This document shows positions 58,569 through 64,000 of a DNA stretch of 64,000 nucleotides, in pieces. The translations under genes and the position numbers were made by a program. How positions within the stretch are numbered: the first letter of the stretch is position 1; each line of letters begins with the position of its first letter. The stretch comes from an uncultured Chloroflexia bacterium (GTDB lineage Bacteria > Chloroflexota > Limnocylindria > Limnocylindrales > CSP1-4), in contig CAVUIE010000006.1 of the NCBI GenBank assembly GCA_963741445.1, positions 15,926 through 79,925 on the forward strand, given 5' to 3'. Under the pieces are notes generated by a model that searched no databases, had not been told where the DNA came from, and saw nothing but the letters and a program-made list of their open reading frames with translations.

Positions 58569-59003
58569 ATGGACGCCGTCGACCCCCTGGCCCTCGCGCT
58601 CCACCGGGCCGGCTACCGCCTGACCGAGCCGCGCGTCGCGGTGACCCGCCTGATCGAGGCCCAGACCGGCCACTTCTCGGCGGCCGACCTCGTCCACGAG
58701 GCCCGCGTCCGCCACCTGGGCATCGGCCGCGCGACGATCTTCCGGACGCTGGACGTCCTGTCCGAGCTCGGCGCGGTCGAGCGGATCGACCTGCCGAGCG
58801 GCGAGCACGCCTACGTGGGCTGTGCCCCGACCCATCACCACCACGTCGTCTGCTCGCGCTGCGGCCGCACGGCCGAGATCGAGGACGCCGGGCTGCGGGC
58901 GGTGGTCCGCGAGGTCACGCGCCGGACCGGGTTCCGCGTCGACGAGCACCGCCTCGAGCTGTTCGGCCTCTGCTCGGCCTGCCAGGCCGCGGCCGCCGGC
59001 TGA
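58569..59003 (+). CDS. Fur family metal-responsive regulator (Zur-like)
   Basis: RLTEPR, HFSA, IGRATIFRTL, HHHHVVCSRC, GLCSAC. Confidence 0.93.
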   Translation: MDAVDPLALALHRAGYRLTEPRVAVTRLIEAQTGHFSAADLVHEARVRHLGIGRATIFRTLDVLSELGAVERIDLPSGEHAYVGCAPTHHHHVVCSRCGRTAEIEDAGLRAVVREVTRRTGFRVDEHRLELFGLCSACQAAAAG

Positions 59004-59762
59004 TGTCGCTCGCGGCCCTCGTCGTCTCGTTCGGCGCCTTCGTCTCGGCCTTCGCCGGCGGCTGGCTGGCCATCCGCGCGGTCCGCTACGTCGGGATCGT
59101 CATCGCGGTCGGCGCCGGGATCCGGATCGGCGCCGCGTTCTTCGACCTGATCCCGGAGGCCATCGCCTACCTCGGCTCGGTCGACGCGGCGATGCTCTGG
59201 ACGGCGATCGGCTTCCTGGCCTTCTACGCCATCGAGAAGCTGACCACGCTCCACGTCGGCCACGAGACGGCCGCCGAGCTCGACCACGACGACGCGATGC
59301 ACACGCACGTCGGCACGGGCCGGCGCCGTCGGGATGGGGATCCACAGCTTCCTCGACGGCGTCGCGCTCGCGGCCGGCCTCGCGGTCGGCGGCGGGACCG
59401 CGATCGTCATCGCGGTCGTCGTCATCGTCCACCGGTTCAGCGACGGGATCGGCGTGGTGAGCTTCCTGCTGGCCAGCCGGATGCCGTCGTCGACGGCCTA
59501 CCGCTGGCTGACGCTCGTCGCGATCGCCCCGGTCGCCGGCGTCCTCGTCGGGGTCGATCGTCAGCATCGAGCAGACGACGCTCGGCGCCGTCCTCGCGTT
59601 CTTCGCCGGCTTCTTCCTCTACGTCGGCGCGGCGGAGCTGCTGCCCGAGGCGCACCGCCGCGACCGGTCGCGCTGGATCGTGCTCGCCACCGATCGGCGG
59701 CGCGGCGGCCATCTACCTGTTCTCGCGTCGCCGTCGGCGCCATCGGGGTCGCCGCTCCCTGA
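59003..59762 (+). CDS. ZIP family divalent metal transporter; frameshifted
   Basis: FFDLIPEA, His-rich loop, IHSFLDG, VHRFSDG, ELLPEAH. Confidence 0.88.
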
Positions 59763-59873
59763 GCGACGAAGGTCCCACCGACCGCGCGTGACCATCGGCC
59801 GGCATCGCCGGACGAAACCTTTGCGGCCGTGCGCTGCCTCGGGTGAGTAGACACCATCCGCCCGGAGCATCCC

Positions 59874-60579
59874 ATGGCCACTGCGACCCCAGCACGGAGC
59901 GGCCCGCCGTTCCGCCTCACCCTCCGCGGGACGGCGATCCTCGTCGGCCTGCTCGGCCTCCTCCTCGTCTACGCGACCGACCAGATCCTGCCCGCCTCGA
60001 CCGATCGGCAGGCCGAGCTGCGGTTCTGGCTCGCGGCGCGGGCGACCGGCATCGTCGCGTTCCTGCTGCTGACCGTGCAGATCGTCCTGGGCCTGGTCCT
60101 CAGCCACCCGACGAACCGCTCCACCTGGAACCTCTCGAAGCGGATCTTCCCGTGGCACGACCACCTCTGGGTCTTCGTGCTCGCGTTCCTCATCGCGCAC
60201 ATCGTCAGCCTCGTCGTGGACCCGAAGGCCGGCGTCAGCCTCGCCGGCGCGTTCGTCCCGGGCCTGTCCGAGTACCGCAGCTCACCCGTGGCCATCGGCA
60301 CGCTCGCGCTGTACGCCTTCCTGGTCACGGCGATCACCGCGCGCTGGACCAAGCTCCTGCCGCGCGGCGTCTGGCTGTCGATCCATCGCCTGGCGCTCGT
60401 GATCTGGGTGATGGCCTGGATGCACGGGGTGCTCGCGGGCACGGACACCGGCGCGCTGGCCGCTCCTGTACGTCGCGGCGGGCCTGCTCGTCGTCGGCGC
60501 GGGGGCCTACCGCTACTGGGCGAGTCGCAAGCAGAAGCCGACGTTCTCGACGTCGCGACAGGAGGTCACACCCGGATGA
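59874..60579 (+). CDS. Ferric reductase-like (MsrQ-type) transmembrane protein; frameshifted
   Basis: WLAARATG, WHDHL, AHIV, WLSIHRL, WMHG (four candidate heme His), GTD. Confidence 0.85.
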
Positions 60580-61046
60580 ACATCACGTCGCTCCGGCTGG
60601 CGGCGCCTGCTCACGACCGTCGGGGTCGTCGCGGCGCTGGTCCTCGGGTTCGGCTCGATCCGGGCCGCGGCCGCCTGGACCGCCGCGTCGGCGCCGATCA
60701 GGCGTCGCGCCCGATCCCGGTCGGCTCGATCCAGGACCGGCTCGACCAGGAGCTGGCCCGCTCGGAGGCGATGCGGGCGCAGCTCGACGTCGCTCGCCGC
60801 GCAGTCCACCGAGATGACGACCGCGCTCGAGGCGGCGCAGGCCCGCATCGCGGCCGACACCGGGCACGCCAAGGCGCTCGCCGACGAGCTCAAGGCCGCG
60901 AAGCAGAAGCTGGCCAAGCCTCGAGGCGTCGATCGCGGCGGCGAAGGCGGCGGCGGCCCGGTCGGCCGCGACGACGAACGCGGCAGCCGCCGCGACCGCC
61001 GACACCGACGCGCCACGGCGACGACGACGGTGAGACCGATGACTGA
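60576..61046 (+). CDS. Hypothetical exported coiled-coil protein; frameshifted
   Basis: GGAGG RBS, ATGA overlap, N-terminal hydrophobic segment, Ala/Gln heptads, acidic end (HGDDDGETDD). Confidence 0.6.
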   Translation: MNITSLRLAAPAHDRRGRRGAGPRVRLDPGRGRLDRRVGADQASRPIPVGSIQDRLDQELARSEAMRAQLDVARRAVHRDDDRARGGAGPHRGRHRARQGARRRAQGREAEAGQASRRRSRRRRRRRPGRPRRRTRQPPRPPTPTRHGDDDGETDD

Positions 61047-61457
61047 CCGTCGACCCGTCCATCTCGCCGTCCTCGTCGGCGCGTCCGCGGGCGCCTACGC
61101 GATCTCGCTGGCCGGCGTCACGGCGCTCCAGTCGGCGACGGACGCCCGTGTGGCGGCCGAGCGCGGGCCGGCCAGCCACGCCGTCGACGTCGTCGCGACC
61201 GGCGCACGACGGCCTGCAGGCCTCGATCGACGGCGCCGCCGGCGCGTTCGCCGTCGCCGCCGATCGGTACGCAGCCATGACCGATCGCCTCGCGGAGATG
61301 GAGGCGTCGCTCGACCACCTCGGGCAACGGGTCGCCAAGGTCACCGGGGCGGCGGGCGCGCTGCCCACGCGGGTCAGCCTGCCGACCGTCCACGCGGGCG
61401 ACACCGCCGGTCACCCGCACGAAGGTCGTCCACGCCACGACGGGAGCCTCCGGCTGA
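61039..61457 (+). CDS. Hypothetical exported protein ending ...VHATTGASG (candidate ApbE flavinylation substrate); frameshifted
   Basis: MTDRRPVHLAVLVGASAGAYAISLAGV anchor; AAG GTC GTC CAC GCC ACG ACG GGA GCC TCC GGC TGA at 61422-61457. Confidence 0.6.
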
Positions 61458-62462
61458 GCGCCGGCCCCGCGTCCGGTCCGCGGTCGGCCGTCATCGAGCG
61501 ACCTGACCGGATCCACCGGTTCGAGGCGAGCGCGATGGCGTCGCCCCTGCGCCTGAGCGTGTGTCGGCGCGGTGACGACGATCGGTCGCGCGAATGGGAG
61601 ATCGACGCCGCCTGGGCCGCGGTCAGGACGGAGTTCGAGACCGCCGAGGCCGAGCTGTCGCGCTTCCGGCCGACGAGCGACCTCACCCGCCTGAACCTCG
61701 CCGCCGGATCTGGGCGGACGCGTCGACGTCCCGCGGCGGCTCGAGCGCGCCCTCGTCGCGGCGGACCGGGCCCATCGCGTCACGGGCGGCCGCTTCGATC
61801 CGCGCGTGCTCCGCGACCTCGATCGCCTCGGCTACGCGGGCGCCCCGATCGGGTCGCGACCGGGCCGCGTCGGACGCGGACCGGGCCGCCGGCACCCGCG
61901 TCGTGGATCGCGCCGGGCGCGGCCGAGTCACGACGTCCTCGCCGATCGACCTCGGCGGGATCGGCAAGGGGCTCACGCTCCGCTGGGCGGCGGCGCTGCC
62001 TCGAACGACGCGGCGTCGCGCGGTACCTGCTGGAGGCCGGCGGCGACCTGGTCGCCCGCGGTCCCGGGCCCGACGGCGACCCGTGGCTCGTCGGGATCGA
62101 GGATCCCGCCGGCGGACCCGACCCGCTGGGCGCGATCGCGGTCGATGCCGGGGCGGTCGCGACGTCGTCGGTCCGGCTCCGGTCGTGGGTCCATGACGGC
62201 CGGACCGTCCACCACCTGCTCGACCCGCGGACCGGCGAACCCGTCGAGTCCGGGCTGCGGGCGGTGACCGTGTCCGGGCCGGACCCGGCCTGGGCCGAGG
62301 TCTGGTCGAAGACGCTGTTCGTCGGCGGCGCGGTCCGCCATCGCGGGCGAGGCCCGGGGACGTGGGCTGGCGGCCTGGTGGGTGACCGACGCGGGGGACC
62401 TGGAGATGACGCCGGCCGCTCGCGCGCGCACGGCGTGGGTCGAGGGCGAGAGCGCGACCTAG
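61454..62462 (+). CDS. apbE: FAD:protein FMN transferase; start unresolved, frameshifted
   Basis: LSRFRPTSDL, GRFDP, DLGGIGKG, AGGDL, VGIEDP, VATS, HHLLDPRTG. Confidence 0.92.
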
Positions 62463-63374
62463 CCCGAGGCGGCGTCCAGCGCGGCGGCGTCCGGCATGCC
62501 CTCGCGGGCGCCCGGCGTGCGCGACGGCCAGGCTGGCGGCGACGACCGCCCGATGCGCCGCGGCGGCCAGGTCCAGCCCGGCGGCGAGGCCGGCGGCCAG
62601 CGCCCCGTTGAGCGTGTCGCCCGCGCCGACGGTGTCGACCGCCTCGACGTGCGGCGCCCGGATGGCCGTCGATCGCCGGCCGCGTGACCAGCAGCGCGCC
62701 GTCCGACCCGAGGCTGACCAGCGCCGCGCGCTTCGCGCCCGTCGGCCCAGGAGCGTCCTTCGCCGCCGCCGCGGGCTTGCCCGGCCCGGCCAGCGTCTCC
62801 AGCTCGCCGCGGTTCGGGGTCAGGATGTCGGCGAGGTCGAGCGTGGGCCGCCCGAGACCGGCGGCCGGCGCCGGGTTCAGGATCGTCGTCGCGCCCGCGA
62901 GTCGGCCGAGGCGCAGCGCCTCGTGCGTCGGCGCCGGTCCGGATCTCGTGTCCGACGAGGACGACATCGTCGCGGTCCGAGCGACAGCCGCTTGAGCGCC
63001 CGGCGCACCTGCGACCGAGTCGAGCGCCGTGTTCGCACCGCCGGCGACGGCGATGCTGTTCTCGCCGTCGCGGTCGACGAGGATCAGCGCGACACCGGTC
63101 GCCTCGTCGAGCGTGACCAGGCCGGCCAGGTCGATGCCCTCGGCCTCCAGCGCCGCGCTCGCGTCCTCGCCGAACGCGTCGCGCCCGACCGCCCCGATGA
63201 ACGAGACGTCCGCGCCCGAGCCGCGCGGCCGCGACCGCCGCGTTGGCGCCCTTGCCGCCGTGGTGCCGCTCGTAGCGGCCGCCGATCGACGGTCTCGCCG
63301 GGGCCCGGCAGCCGTTCGACGGCAACGACCAGGTCGATGTTGACGGACCCGACGACGATGACCCGGCCGGCCAT
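62459..63374 (-). CDS. rbsK: Ribokinase (PfkB family); frameshifted
   Basis: VVGSVNIDL, GGKGANAAVAAARLG, LNPAP, TPNRGE, DTVGAGD. Confidence 0.85.
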
Positions 63375-63381
63375 GACGCGG

Positions 63382-64000
63382 CTACGACCCCGTGATGTAT
63401 TCGCCGCCGTCGACGCCGATGACCTCGCCGTTGATGAAGTCCGTGCCCTCGCCCGAGAGGGCGACGATCGTGTTCGCGACGTCCTGCGGCGTGGTCATCC
63501 GGCCGGTCGGGTTCCGCTTCGTGGCGGCCTCGATGATCATGTCGTGCTCGGGGATCTTCATCAGCGCGGGCGTCATCGTCACCCCGGCCCGGATCGTGTT
63601 GGCGGTGATCCCCGAGTCGAGCCGGGCGAACTCCATCGCCAGCTGGCGGATGTGCGATTCGAGGGCCGCCTTGGCCGACGACACGACGCCGTACGACGGC
63701 ACGACCCGTGTGGAGCCCTCCGAGGTCATCGCGTAGAACTTCGAGCCGCGCTCGAGGAACCCGCCGCGCCACAGGTCCTGCGCCCAGTAGACGAGGCTGT
63801 TGGCCATGACGTCCTGGGTCATCTCCATCTTCTTGCGGTCGACGGCGGCCTTGGGGTCCTCGGTCAGGAACGGGACCAGCGAGCCGAAGGCGAGCGAGTG
63901 CATCACGACGCGCACGTACGGGTGGCGACCCTCCGCGGTCGAGCGGTCGAACCGCTCGCGGAGCGTGGCCAGGGCGGCGGCCCGCTTCTCGTCGTCGGCC
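63382..64000 (-). CDS. Enoyl-ACP reductase-like SDR (FabI/FabL type); 5' end outside the window
   Basis: HSLAFG, TSEGS, YGVVSSAKAALES, NTIRAG, GRMTTPQDVA, VDGG. Confidence 0.85.
   Translation of the reverse strand, partial: ADDEKRAAALATLRERFDRSTAEGRHPYVRVVMHSLAFGSLVPFLTEDPKAAVDRKKMEMTQDVMANSLVYWAQDLWRGGFLERGSKFYAMTSEGSTRVVPSYGVVSSAKAALESHIRQLAMEFARLDSGITANTIRAGVTMTPALMKIPEHDMIIEAATKRNPTGRMTTPQDVANTIVALSGEGTDFINGEVIGVDGGEYITGS

Overview
A 64-kb, very GC-rich, gene-dense bacterial window; gene style suggests a soil/freshwater Chloroflexota or Actinomycetota (inference only). Most genes longer than about 700 bp are broken by single-base indels, best explained by uncorrected long-read errors, so genes were reconstructed across frames and many ends are approximate. 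Contents: (1) 1-6.9 kb, a corrinoid methyltransferase cluster (non-pyrrolysine MttB, ASKHA corrinoid activator, pterin-binding methyltransferase, 'virulence factor'-domain and DUF1638 proteins, corrinoid protein) with a divergent IclR regulator and a tandem operator. (2) 8-20 kb, a divergent catabolic regulon of unknown substrate (sugar-type ABC, bicupin, SDR, XRE-cupin / atypical M24 enzyme, ThDP E1 alpha-beta without E2, dehydrogenase, amidohydrolase) with matching operators. (3) 20-36 kb, soxBDAG, an aldehyde dehydrogenase, a betaine ABC transporter, a dimethylglycine oxidase-like GcvT protein and a coupled cysteine-synthase-family enzyme. (4) A GAF/dual-GGDEF/EAL protein. (5) Housekeeping and hypothetical genes, including a phycobiliprotein-like globin, pabB/pabC-like genes, DmpA, rhodanese, CtpA, lysine 2,3-aminomutase, MMPL plus an AttH-like lipoprotein, and Fur plus ZIP. 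(6) An ApbE flavinylation operon with a ferric-reductase-like membrane protein and a candidate substrate ending in TTGASG. No rRNA, tRNA, CRISPR array or mobile element was recognised.
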